From: Eledone cirrhosa | Taxonomy: Eukaryota | DNA length: 64,000 bases | NCBI GenBank assembly: GCA_964016885.1 | Contig: OZ024743.1 | Span: forward strand, 369,520,001 to 369,584,000 | Reading direction: 5' to 3' | Shown here: piece by piece, positions 1 to 18,739 of the stretch | How the letters are laid out: each line of letters starts with the position of its first letter | How positions within the stretch are numbered: the stretch's first letter is position 1 | Notes under the pieces: model-generated | Database searches by the model: none | Told to the model about the DNA's origin: nothing | What the model saw: only the letters and a program-made list of their open reading frames with translations | Program-made: the position numbers and the translations under genes

Positions 1-275
1 TCATCATCATCATCATCATCAACGTTTAACGTCCGTGTTCCACGCTTGCATGGGTTTGGACGGGGGTAGTCCCACTTGAGGCAAGAGTGATTGTCTTGCT
101 CGCATAGGACTGTCTGGCAGGTTTTCTACAGTTGGATGCCCTTCCTAACACCAACCACATTTACAGTGTGGGTCTGGGAGGTTTTTACCATGTTGCCTAC
201 ACGACCACATTACAGCGTGGACTGTGTGTTTTTTTGTCGTGACACCTACACGATCTCATTTGTTTCGGCCTGGAT
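1..275 (-). mobile_element. RTE-clade LINE (family A) 3' UTR fragment with (GAT)n tail
   Basis: (CAT)n at 1-20 is followed by sequence near-identical to 48830-49100 and 49870-50093, the reverse complement of the 3' UTR that follows the ...IEKTRLT* ORF at 32564-33184. Confidence 0.85.
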
Positions 276-945
<670 letters not shown>

Positions 946-2149
946 ATATGTATGTATGTAACTTGGAAACTCTGTTGAAATGGTATGTATCAGCCATTAA
1001 TTGTAAACTGTGTTAAAAAATTCTATGTATGATGAGAAATTTCGGATAAAGGGAATTAATAACTGGAGTACAATGAGACGGGTGAGTGGAGGAAAGAAGA
1101 AATGAAGCCATCTTTGTGTTCAGGGAAAAAAAAAAGTTGTACTCTTGTAAAAAGTGGTCTTGGTATAATATCCAAAAATTTTTTTGACGAATTACATGTG
1201 ATTTGTTTTTTCTTTTTCTTCACATACCATTATTATAGGGACATTTTTCTTAAAGCCAGTCTTTTATAAGTTTCCGTTTCTATTATCCTACCCTCATGTA
1301 ATTAGTAACAGGGGAAAAAAATAAAAGGAGATACAAGTGTGAAGGAGATGAAAACATACTTAGAGTATGTATGTTTGAGAATGGAACCAGCAGAGAAGAA
1401 TAGCTAATAATAGTTCTTACGTCAACCAAACTACTCCGAACGGCTACTGTTTTTGTTCTTAACATTGCTTCACACCTCATTAAGAGAACATTGTCTAATT
1501 TTATGAAATGACTGCACAAAATGCTAATAGTTGGAAATCAGAGCCACCATCAAGCACACACGCACACAAAAGCACTTAACGCTTCATTAAATAAGGAAAG
1601 ACCGAGAAATAATTTTAAAAAATTTATTATTCAGACAAAAAGCGAAATATTATAAATATAATTTATATTCATAGCTAAGCTACTTACTCTTCCGCCCGTA
1701 ACTGATACAGCATTTAGTATAATAGAATGTTTTACAAAGCTATTCTTTATGAGAGTGGCATGGTAAGAGAGCTGAGAATCACTGACATAACAGCAAAATG
1801 GTACAAGCAGAAGGAATTTAAGGTGATGGATAGAATGTGAAGAATGAGTTGGAAAGGAGGTCGGACAGTTATTAAAACACGAGTATAATGAATGAATGGA
1901 CAGCACAGAATGAAAAACATATATATCAAAGACAAATAAATTAAGGCGTTGTTTTATATAATGAACGTTGTACACACAATATATGCTTCAATAGATCTAA
2001 CATGTATTTAAAGCACCCAACATAAACAATATATATATATATATATATATAATAATAGTAATAATAATAAATGTGAAGACTAAAATCCAAAGAGGGCTTG
2101 ATAAGGATAAATATATATCAAATATATAAGAACCCTCGAACAAATATTT

Positions 2150-2242
2150 ATTAAAATAAAAGATTAAAGTTTAAGTTTCAGAAGATCCCATTACGGGTGA
2201 AAGCAGCGATTCTTTGCTTAAACTTTAATCTGTTATTTTAAT
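2150..2242 (+). other. 26-bp hairpin enclosing a degenerate hammerhead-like core
   Basis: 2150-2175 pairs with 2217-2242 (one mismatch). The loop holds CAGAAGA-T-CCC(ATTAC)GGG-T-GAAA. Confidence 0.4.
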
Positions 2243-2431
2243 GAATTAATATATATATTGAGTTAAGAACTCAGGGTAGTCCCTTACAAATAAATAGCTC
2301 TAAGAAAAAAGCTTTTCCGAGCCGTACAATATAATTGAATAAACAAGAGAGATGAACACTAATATAAACATACATGTGTTCGAATCGTAAGGACTAAAAT
2401 TTGCTGGGGTGAAAAAATACTAACTACAGCA

Positions 2432-2493
2432 ATATATATGTATATGTGTATAGGTATACACAACATAGATATATATGTATATACACAAATATG

Positions 2494-2543
<50 letters not shown>

Positions 2544-2675
2544 TATTTGCATATATATATATGTATATATATGTATGTATATGTATGTATATGTATATAT
2601 ATGTATGTATATATATATATGTATATGTATATATATATGTATATGTATGTATATATATGTATATATATATATGTG

Positions 2676-2706
<31 letters not shown>

Positions 2707-2751
2707 GTATATGTATGTATATGTATATATATGTATATATGTATATGTATA

Positions 2752-2800
<49 letters not shown>

Positions 2801-2850
2801 TATACATATATAGTATATACATATATATGTATAAATATATATATATATAT
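2432..2850. repeat. (TA)n/(TATG)n compound microsatellite
   Basis: Directly visible. Confidence 0.9.
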
Positions 2851-2888
2851 ATATGAAATATAAGAATCAAAGAACTGTTCAAAACATT

Positions 2889-2941
2889 ATTGTGCTTACA
2901 GCTGTTTCCTCCAAACCGAGGTTTGGATTCTTCGGAGCAAT
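2889..2941 (-). ncRNA. Minimal type I hammerhead ribozyme (left-arm copy)
   Basis: Exact reverse complement of 5412-5464. Confidence 0.7.
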
Positions 2942-5411
2942 TTATTAATGCATGGACAGTTATATGACCTCCTTTTCAGCCGAGAGACATACCAATACAT
3001 ATTCAAACATTGATACATATTCAAACATTGTGGGTCAACATTCATTACAGAATTTAGAGTGGCAGTACACACTTCGAGATTACATTTATATTAATAGGTA
3101 CAATCAAAAATCAAAGATATAGGTTAAAGTACAACATGAAGATAAGTGGTTATATAGTGCAAATGTTATATGTGTGGCACGCATGTGCGTCTTGTTTATA
3201 TAGTGTGGCAGAGAGATATGTGTGGTAGAGGCACTTAGGTAGGTAAATAAGAGTGTTAGGTTGGTAGATCTGGTGGCAAAGTCTTTATATGATTGATGTA
3301 GTCTGTGTGTGGAGAAATATTATAAGCATTAAAGATAGTGTAAGCATTAAAAGTGTTATAAGTATTGGAGATGCACAGCGCAGGGATGTCAAGTAATTCA
3401 TGTACTTCGGCATTTTCATGGTCAAGGGAGTGTATATTTCGATTATATGCCTTTCACATAATCCACGACAATCCAGTTAGAGATCGTAGTCTGGTGTTCT
3501 TTAGTTCGATACAGGAGGTTGTTACATTTCGAGAAACGCCATTGAATACCGGAAGTGTGTGTGTGGCTAAGGGGAGTTAATGCATGCGGGGAGGTAACTC
3601 TGGGGTTTCCATATCTAGCCATTAAAATGTGTCCCAATATAGACCCTAAATTCTATGGTGAGGTGCACCTTCCAAGAGAGACTTTTAAAGCATAAAGTGT
3701 ACTAACTATAGAGTAGTTTAACTAAATTATGCTGAAGGTGATCATATTATTATTAAGGTGGATTAACCCATCATAAGGTGCTACAAATGGAAATTATAGA
3801 TGATGAGCGAGGATTCTAAATTAATGATCTCTGTGGTTGTAGTCTGCTCATATGGCCAGGCGCGGTGATTGCAGGATTGCTTCAGGACCCAATGATCTCT
3901 GGTAAGATCTGGGTCATCACTTGCTACATTGGATGTCGAAAGATAATCGTCCCCAGGCAGGCCAAAGGTCAATCCGCAGTCCTCGCGACCCCTCTCTGAC
4001 CGTCAGATCATCCATATACGTACAACCCGCACGGCAGTTGCATTGCATTCACTCACTGCGCTCCGCAGCCCGGTCCTACTGGTCAACAGCGCTACTCGAT
4101 TAAATCATTTTACATCTGTCTAAGGAAGGTGTTTCCTCTGCCCAACACCATCCAACCGATCAATTCATGCTCAAATTACCCTTAGAGCGGTGTAGTGCCG
4201 TCCAAGTGGGTGGATGTTGTCACACCTGCCGTAGAGGTATAAATGGGTATTTTCCCTGCGAAGGGTTCCAGAGGGATGTCGTTGTTTGTGTTATAATGGA
4301 TCAGCTAGTGTTGGGTATGTAGTATAGGGTGTGTCTCTGGTGTTTGATGCTAGATGTGGTGTTGGGTCGCGAGGACTGCGGATTGACCTTTGGCCTGCCT
4401 GGGGACGATTATCTTTCGACATCCAATGTAGCAAGTGATGACCCAGATCTTACCAGAGATCATTGGGTCCTGAAGCAATCCTGCAATCACCGCGCCTGGC
4501 CATATGAGCAGACTACAACCACAGAGATCATTAATTTAGAATCCTCGCTCATCATCTATAATTTCCATTTGTAGCACCTTATGATGGGTTAATCCACCTT
4601 AATAATAATATGATCACCTTCAGCATAATTTAGTTAAACTACTCTATAGTTAGTACACTTTATGCTTTAAAAGTCTCTCTTGGAAGGTGCACCTCACCAT
4701 AGAATTTAGGGTCTATATTGGGACACATTTTAATGGCTAGATATGGAAACCCCAGAGTTACCTCCCCGCATGCATTAACTCCCCTTAGCCACACACACAC
4801 TTCCGGTATTCAATGGCGTTTCTCGAAACGTAACAACCTCCTGTATCGAACTAAAGAACACCAGACTACGATCTCTAACTGGATTGTCGTGGATTATGTG
4901 AAAGGCATATAATCGAAATATACACTCCCTTGACCATGAAAATGCCGAAGTACATGAATTACTTGACATCCCTGCGCTGTGCATCTCCAATACTTATAAC
5001 ACTTTTAATGCTTACACTATCTTTAATGCTTATAATATTTCTCCACACACAGACTACATCAATCATATAAAGACTTTGCCACCAGATCTACCAACCTAAC
5101 ACTCTTATTTACCTACCTAAGTGCCTCTACCACACATATCTCTCTGCCACACTATATAAACAAGACGCACATGCGTGCCACACATAACATTTGCACTATA
5201 TAACCACTTATCTTCATGTTGTACTTTAACCTATATCTTTGATTTTTGATTGTACCTATTAATATAAATGTAATCTCGAAGTGTGTACTGCCACTCTAAA
5301 TTCTGTAATGAATGTTGACCCACAATGTTTGAATATGTATCAATGTTTGAATATGTATTGGTATGTCTCTCGGCTGAAAAGGAGGTCATATAACTGTCCA
5401 TGCATTAATAA

Positions 5412-5464
5412 ATTGCTCCGAAGAATCCAAACCTCGGTTTGGAGGAAACAGCTGTAAGCACAAT
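5412..5464 (+). ncRNA. Minimal type I hammerhead ribozyme, CCGAAGA core variant
   Basis: Stem I TGCT/AGCA; core CCGAAGA (5418-5424); stem II TCCAAAC[CTCG]GTTTGGA; GAAA; palindromic stem III ACAGCTGT; GUA cleavage triplet (5454-5456). Confidence 0.72.
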
Positions 5465-5664
5465 AATGTTTTGAACAGTTCTTTGATTCTTATATTTCAT
5501 ATAACTGCTCTGTAAATCATCTGATGTTTTTACATTGAGCTACTTAACTTACTGGTAATAAGGTAGTAATACATTACTGCCTACCACTATTTAGGGTGTG
5601 TGTAAAATACTTACAACTGCTTAAGGTTTTGTGTTTACATAACCATAATAGTATAACTAATACT

Positions 5665-6179
5665 ATATATATATATATAGTATATACATATATATGTATA
5701 AATATATGTATATATATATATATATATAGTATATACATATATATGTATAAATATATGTATATATATATATATATATAGTATATATATATATAGTATATAT
5801 ATATATATAGTATATATATATATATAGTATATATATATATATAGTATATATATATATATAGTATATATATATATATAGTATATATATATATATAGTATAT
5901 ATATATATAGTATATATATAGTATATATATATATATAGTATATATATAGTATATATAGTATATATATATATAGTATATATATAGTATATAGTATATATAT
6001 ATATATAGTATATATATATATATAGTATATATATAGTATATATATATATATATATATAGTATATATATATATATAGTATATATATATATATATAGTATAT
6101 ATATATATATAGTATATATATATATATATAATATATATATAGTATATATAGTATATATATAGTATATATATATATATAG

Positions 6180-6210
<31 letters not shown>

Positions 6211-7214
6211 TATATATATATATATAGTATATATATATATATAGTAATATATATATATAGTATATATATATATATAGTATATATATTATATATATATATA
6301 TAGTATATATAGTATATATATATATATAGTATATATATATATATAGTATATATAGTATATATATATATATAGTATATATATATATATAGTATATATATAT
6401 ATATAGTATATATATATATATAGTATATATATATATATAGTATATATATATATATAGTATATATATATATATAGTATATATATATATATATATAGTATAT
6501 ATATATATATATAGTATATATATATATATATATAGTATATATATATATATAGTATATATATATATATAGTATATATATATATATAGTATATATATATATA
6601 TAGTATATATATATATATATAGTATATATATATATAGTATATATATATATATATATAGTATATATATATATATATAGTATATATATATATATAGTATATA
6701 TATATATATAGTATATATATATATATAGTATATATATATAAGTATATATATATATATAGTATATATATATATATAGTATATATATATATAGTATATATAT
6801 ATATATAGTATATATATATATATAGTATATATATATATATAGTATATATATATATAGTATATATATATATATAGTATATATATATATATAGTATATATAT
6901 ATATATAGTATATATATATATATAGTATATATATATATATATAGTATATATATATATATAGTATATATATATATATAGTATATATATATATATATAGTAT
7001 ATATATATATAGTAGTATATATATATATAGTATATATATATATATAGTATATATATAGTATATATAGTATATATATAGTATATATAGTATATATAGTATA
7101 TATATAGTATATATAGTATATGTATATATATATAGTATATGTATATATATAGTATATGTATATATATATAGTATATGTATATGTATATATATAGTATATA
7201 TATAGTATATAGTA
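5665..7214. repeat. [(TA)nG] microsatellite-derived array (AGTATATATAT-like units)
   Basis: Directly visible variable-length units ending in TAG. Confidence 0.95.
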
Positions 7215-7871
7215 TATATATATATATAGTATATAGAAATAGTGGACAGCTTCCGTTACCTGGGTGACAAAATCAGCAGTGGGGGAGGGTGCTCTGAAAG
7301 TACAGTAGCTAGAGTCAGAACTGGGTGGAAAAAGTTCAGAGAGCTTATACCACTATTTTCCGCTAGAGGGTTCTCCCTAAAAATGAAAGGCAGGTTATAC
7401 GATGCCTGCATACGAACAGCAATGCTGCATGGCAGTGAGACCTGGGCATTGTGTGCAGAGGATATACACAGACTAGAGAGGAACGAAGCTTGCATGCTCC
7501 GCTGGATGTGCAATAGTAATATACGTGAACGGCAAAGCATAAACGAACTAAGGAAAAAAATTAGAAATAAGAGGGATCAGATGTTGTTTACTCGAGAGAA
7601 GGCTACGTTGGTACGGTCACGTGATGCGCATGAAAGACGACAGCTGTATAACAAAGTGCAGGGCAATAAAGATAGACGGTAGCCACGGAGTAGGCAGACC
7701 CAGAAAAACATGGGACGAGCTGATAAATTCCGACCTCACACGCTTACACCTCTCCAAGACAATGTCACTGGACCGAGACATTTGGCGGTACTCAGTAATA
7801 GAGAAGACCCGCCTTACCTAAATACAAAGTTAAAACCTACTACAGTCAGTAGGCATCTCTATCAAAACACC
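7215..7871 (+). mobile_element. RTE LINE family A fragment (RT C-terminus, frameshifted; 3' UTR lost)
   Basis: VDSFRYLG...RVRTGWKKFREL...LHGSETW...RPRKTW...IEKTRLT*, with a frameshift at the poly-A near 7555. Confidence 0.9.
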
Positions 7872-7889
7872 TATATAGTATATATATAG

Positions 7890-7936
<47 letters not shown>

Positions 7937-9044
7937 GTATATATATATAGTATATATATAGTATATATATATATAGTATATATATAGTATATATATATAG
8001 TATATATATATAGTATATATATAGTATATATATATAGTATATATATAGTATATATATATAGTATATATAGTATATATATATAGTATATATATATAGTATA
8101 TATATATAGTATATATATATAGTATATATATATAGTATATATATATATAGTATATATATATAGTATATATATATATAGTATATATATATATATATAGTAT
8201 ATATATATATAGTATATATATATAGTATATATATATAGTATATATATATATAGTATATATATATAGTATATATATATAGTATATATATATAGTATATATA
8301 TATAGTATATATATATAGTATATATATATAGTATATATATATAGTATATATATATAGTATATATATATAGTATATATATATAGTATATATATATAGTATA
8401 TATATATAGTATATATATATATATAGTATATATATATAGTATATATATATAGTATATATATATATAGTATATATATATATAGTATATATATATAGTATAT
8501 ATATATATAGTATATATATATATAGTATATATATATATAGTATATATATATATAGTATATATATATATAGTATATATATATAGTATATATATATAGTATA
8601 TATATATAGTATATATATATAGTATATATATATAGTATATATATATATAGTATATATATATAGTATATATATATAGTATATATATATAGTATATATATAT
8701 AGTATATATATATAGTATATATATATAGTATATATATATAGTATATATATATAGTATATATATATAGTATATATATATAGTATATATATATAGTATATAT
8801 ATATAGTATATATATATAGTATATATATATAGTATATATATATATAGTATATATATATAGTATATATATAGTATATATATATAGTATATATATATATAGT
8901 ATATATATATAGTATATATATATATAGTATATATATAGTATATATATATATAGTATATATATATATATATATAGTATATATATAGTATATATATATAGTA
9001 TATATATAGTATATATATATATATATAGTATATATATATATATA

Positions 9045-9082
<38 letters not shown>

Positions 9083-9281
9083 TATATATATATATATATA
9101 TATAGTATATATATATATATATATATATAGTATATATATATATAGTATATATATAGTATATATATATATATATAGTGTATATATATATATATATATATAG
9201 TATATATATATATATATAGTATATATATATATATATATATAGTATATATATATATATATATAGTATATATATATATATATA

Positions 9282-9361
<80 letters not shown>

Positions 9362-10847
9362 TATATATAGTATATATATATAGTATATATATATAGTATA
9401 TATATATATATGTGTATATATATATGTGTATATATATATAGTATATATATATATATAGTATATATATAGTATATATATATATAGTATATATATATAGTAT
9501 ATATATATATAGTATATATATATATATATATATATATAGTATATATATAATATATATATATAGTATATATATAGTATATATATATAGTATATATATATAG
9601 TATATATATATATATGTGTATATATATATAGTATATATATATATATAGTATATATATATATATATATATATAGTATATATATAGTATATATATAGTATAT
9701 ATATAGTATATATATAGTATATATATATAGTATATATATATATAGTATATATATATAGTATATATATATAGTATATATATATAGTATATATATATAGTAT
9801 ATATATATAGTATATATATATAGTATATATATATAGTATATATATATAGTATATATATATAGTATATATATATAGTATATATATATAGTATATATATATA
9901 GTATATATATATAGTATATATATATAGTATATATATATAGTATATATATATATAGTATATATATATAGTATATATATATAGTATATATATATATAGTATA
10001 TATATATAGTATATATATATATAGTATATATATATATAGTATATATATATATAGTATATATATATATAGTATATATATATATAGTATATATATATATAGT
10101 ATATATATATATAGTATATATATATATATATATATATATAGTATATATATATATAGTATATATATATATAGTATATATATATATAGTATATATATATAGT
10201 ATATATATATAGTATATATATATAGTATATATATATAGTATATATATATAGTATATATATATATAGTATATATATATAGTATATATATATAGTATATATA
10301 TATAGTATATATATATAGTATATATATATATATAGTATATATATATATAGTATATATATATATATAGTATATATATAGTATATATATATATAGTATATAT
10401 ATATAGTATATATATATATAGTATATATATATATAGTATATATATATAGTATATATATATATAGATATATATATATAGTATATATATATAGTATATATAT
10501 ATAGTATGTATATATATATAGTATATATATATAGTATATATATATAGTATATATATATATAGTATATATATATATATATAGTATATATATATAGTATATA
10601 TATATATAGTATATATATATATAGTATATATATATATAGTATATATATATATAGTATATATATATATAGTATATATATATATAGTATATATATATATAGT
10701 ATATATATAGTATATAGATATATAGTATATAGATATATAGTATAGATATATAGTATAGATATATAGTATAGATATATATATATGTATATATATGTATATA
10801 TATGTATATATATGTATATATATAGTATATATATATATATATATATA
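7872..10847. repeat. ~3-kb [(TA)nG] array
   Basis: Directly visible; source of the spurious 1016-aa ORF. Confidence 0.95.
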
Positions 10848-11410
10848 CGTTATTCCGGGTTGAATCGGAGGTAACCACAGTAAGTAAGGTACTCAATACA
10901 TAGCAGAGTATAACAGTTTTAATATAGATGAGATTCTACAGGACTAGAACTGTTTCATTCATTAGAAATCATCAGGAATCTGGGTATCAAAAAATAAATA
11001 TGGTATTTATAGGTCTCTACAAGTGTTAGGAGAGGGTGGGGAGTGGGATGGATGCAGGTCATTGGTTGATAGAAAAGGGAGTTCATTAAAAGCTAATTCT
11101 ACAAAGCTATAGTTAATTTTTATTTTTATTTATATTTATTATGTTTTTAGAGTAACAAAGGCAGACAGAATTCTATAAACAGGTTCCTGATGGCATACCA
11201 TTCCTTGTCAATAAGTTTCTCTTAAGCTAACAGATGTCTATAAAATCAGTGGGGGGTCAGTCATGCTCCATAGAATTAAAGAAAAGGGAGATTCTTTAAA
11301 AGCTAAAGTCATTAAGGTTCTACTAAGTGACAAAGGTCTAGAGAATTCTGCAGACAGATTCAAAATACTGAGTGCATATCTTACTATTATCTTCCAACTT
11401 CTCTTAAACT
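10848..11410 (-). mobile_element. Non-coding island with hammerhead; probable Penelope-like pseudo-LTR fragment
   Basis: Unique sequence that starts abruptly in (TA)n and contains a canonical hammerhead ~85 nt from the junction. Confidence 0.5.
10931..10981 (-). ncRNA. Type I hammerhead ribozyme, canonical core
   Basis: Minus strand reads AGATTC-CTGATGA-T-TTC[TAAT]GAA-T-GAA-ACAG[TTCTAGTC]CTGT-A-GAATCT. Stems I (6 bp), II and III are intact; GUA triplet. Confidence 0.8.
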
Positions 11411-11519
11411 AATCAACAATATGCCAAAAATCAACAGACACATTCACAAAAAAACAAAAAAACAAAAAAAACAGAAAAACAAAAAAACACACATAAAAAA
11501 CAAAAAAACACACATACTC

Positions 11520-13100
<1,581 letters not shown>

Positions 13101-13423
13101 AATGGAGGCACATGGCTTAGTGGTTAGAGAAAGGTTGTGAGTTCGATTCCCAGACCGGGTGATGTGTTGTTTCCTTGAGCAAGACACTTTATTTCACATT
13201 GCTCCAGTTTACTCAGCTGTAGAAATGAGATGATAGGGACTGGAGTCCCTATCATTCCACTGTAAAGTGGTCGTGGAGGTGCCACGGAAAAAAGCACCCA
13301 GCACTCACTGTAAATGAGGTTGGTGTTAGGAAGGGCATCCAGCTGTAGAAATCAAGCCAGAATCACTTCCCATCCCACCCTTGCAAGCAGGGAAAAGTGG
13401 ACATAAAATGATGATGATGATGA

Positions 13424-13425
<2 letters not shown>
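13101..13425 (+). mobile_element. tRNA-derived SINE with RTE-derived 3' tail
   Basis: A-box TGGCTTAGTGG, B-box GTTCGATTCC, CORE-like CCTTGAGCAAGACACTTTATTTCAC. The 3' part matches the RTE family B UTR (54533-54675) and ends in (ATG)n. Confidence 0.8.
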
Positions 13426-14384
<959 letters not shown>

Positions 14385-14871
14385 AAGTAAATAGGTACTC
14401 AATAAATATACGCATATACACAGGCACATAAAGACACCTCTACAGGCAGAAAATGTAGATACGAAAGAGGTACTCACATAACCATAGTGGCCGTATTACA
14501 GGTTGAGGAGGGGTGGGGGTAGAGTGGGATGGAGGTATAGGGGCCAATAGGGGGAGGTCGTTTTTAGCCATCGTGCTTTAACACTGGCTTAAAGTGTTTG
14601 AATGTTGCAAAGTTCTTGTGCATGCAGTTCGGGCAGTGTTCAGAGAGTTTGTTCAGTAGCGGGCCCTTGGCGAATAAAATTTCGTAGCTCTCTGAAATAC
14701 AAAGGTCGCAGCCCTTGTGTCCTCCGTTGTAAGAGCGCGCTTGCTGGAGTATTTTCCAATTAAGCGTGAAGGGGGTGGAGTTCCTTTTGAGGTCCCAAAC
14801 GTAGGAGGCGAGTGTTGTTTGATTTGATTTATCCGGTCTTCTGAAGGAGTGGGTATGGGCATACCAACGGG

Positions 14872-14872
<1 letters not shown>
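14385..14872 (-). mobile_element. Penelope-like element 3' fragment (C-terminal half of GIY-YIG endonuclease plus UTR)
   Basis: RWYAHTHSF...[11 protein letters not shown]...LNWKIL...CDLCISE...LLNKLSE..C.H matches the PLE endonuclease C-terminal pattern as I recall it. Stop at 14564; embedded in microsatellite. Confidence 0.7.
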
Positions 14873-17553
<2,681 letters not shown>

Positions 17554-18460
17554 TATCATCATCACCGTTTTACGTCCGTTCTTCCACGCTAGCATGGGTT
17601 AGACGGGTTGTCCTGTTGTGGGCAGTGTCTGGTCGGCTGACCATGCCTTGCTCATACAGGAACTGATCTGGCTTGATTTCTACAGCTGGATGCCCTTCCT
17701 AACACCAACCTCATTTACAGTGAGTGCTGGGTGCTTTTTCGTGGCGCCTACACGTCCACTTTACAGTGTGGGCTGGGTGCTTTTTTGCCGTGGCGCCTCC
17801 ACGACCACCTTGCGGTGGGGGGAGTGGGGGCATATTGTTTATATGCTTCAGCATGTACCCATGGGAGGTCGGGTACCCTGTATTACTGCGTGACGCCAGA
17901 AGTCACGGTCGTGTGTCATTGACTTTGAGAGGTGTAGTTGGGTAAGGTCAGCTTTTATCACCTCATCCCAAGTCATCTTGGGTCTCCCCACTCCGCGGTT
18001 TCCATCAACTTCTAGTGCTCTGCACCTTTTTATGCAGCTGTCATCCTTCATACGCATCACATGTCCATACCAGCGTAACCGCCTCTCCTGCACGCAGCAT
18101 TTGATTCCTCTTATGCTCAGTCTCTCTCTCAATTCCTTTATGCTTTGTCGTTCACGTATATTACTGTTACACATCCATCGGAGCATGCAGGCTTCGTTTC
18201 TCTCTAATCTACGTAAGTCTTCCACCTTCAGCGCCCAGGTCTCACTACCATGCAACATCGCTGTTCGGATACACGCATCATACAGTCTGCCTTTCATTCT
18301 GAGGGAGAAGCCTTTTGCAGCTAGCAGTGGTAGTAGTTCCCTAAACTTCTTCCATCCCGTTCTTACCCTAGTTATTGTACTTTCTGAGCACCCACCTCCG
18401 TTGCTAATTCGGTCACCTAGGTAGCAGAAGCTGTCTACTGTTTAGAAGCTGTCTACTGTT
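17554..18460 (-). mobile_element. RTE LINE family B, 5'-truncated, with 3' UTR and (GAT)n tail
   Basis: The ORF ending ...IQGTRPPMGTC* is almost identical to 53893-54780. An 18-bp tandem duplication marks the 5' junction (18425-18460). Confidence 0.92.
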
Positions 18461-18739
18461 TATATTTATATCAAAGTTAAAAACAAATCTAATAATTATA
18501 GGCCAGAGAGAAAGTGAAGCCATTTGAAAATATTTCACTGTCCTTTTATCAATACTTATTTTCTTAATCTCATAATAATGACAAGTGAAGTTGAACCGAG
18601 CCATATTTGAACTTGGTATACTGAGGCTATGAACTAGATACTCTAAACACATGAATAGTTTCACACTATATTAGCTTGGTCACCTTGCTTGAATTATAAC
18701 ATTCAGTGAAGCAGTAAGGATGCTGTGTTACAAGTGGAT

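Larger units (their letters stand above)
2850..5665 (+). mobile_element. Fold-back, hammerhead-bearing Penelope-like (probably non-autonomous) element: ~1.14-kb inverted arms 2850-3991 and 4364-5503, 372-bp spacer, ~160-bp unique tail
   Basis: The arms are reverse complements; I noticed one 2-nt indel near 3168/5185 and one substitution near 3526/4829. Each arm carries a hammerhead near its outer end. Both flanks are TA microsatellite. No RT or EN ORF recognised. Confidence 0.7.

Noticed and set aside
3365-4990. Paired 63-81-aa ORFs in the inverted arms as genes
   Set aside because: They are duplicated only because of the inversion and have no recognisable motifs.
13110-13155. tRNA gene
   Set aside because: It has A/B boxes but no cloverleaf, and it continues into SINE body and LINE tail.
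14434-14470. ACCTCT...AGAGGT stem with CAGAAAA/GAAA as a ribozyme
   Set aside because: The core and stem III do not fit, and it lies on the strand opposite the PLE ORF.
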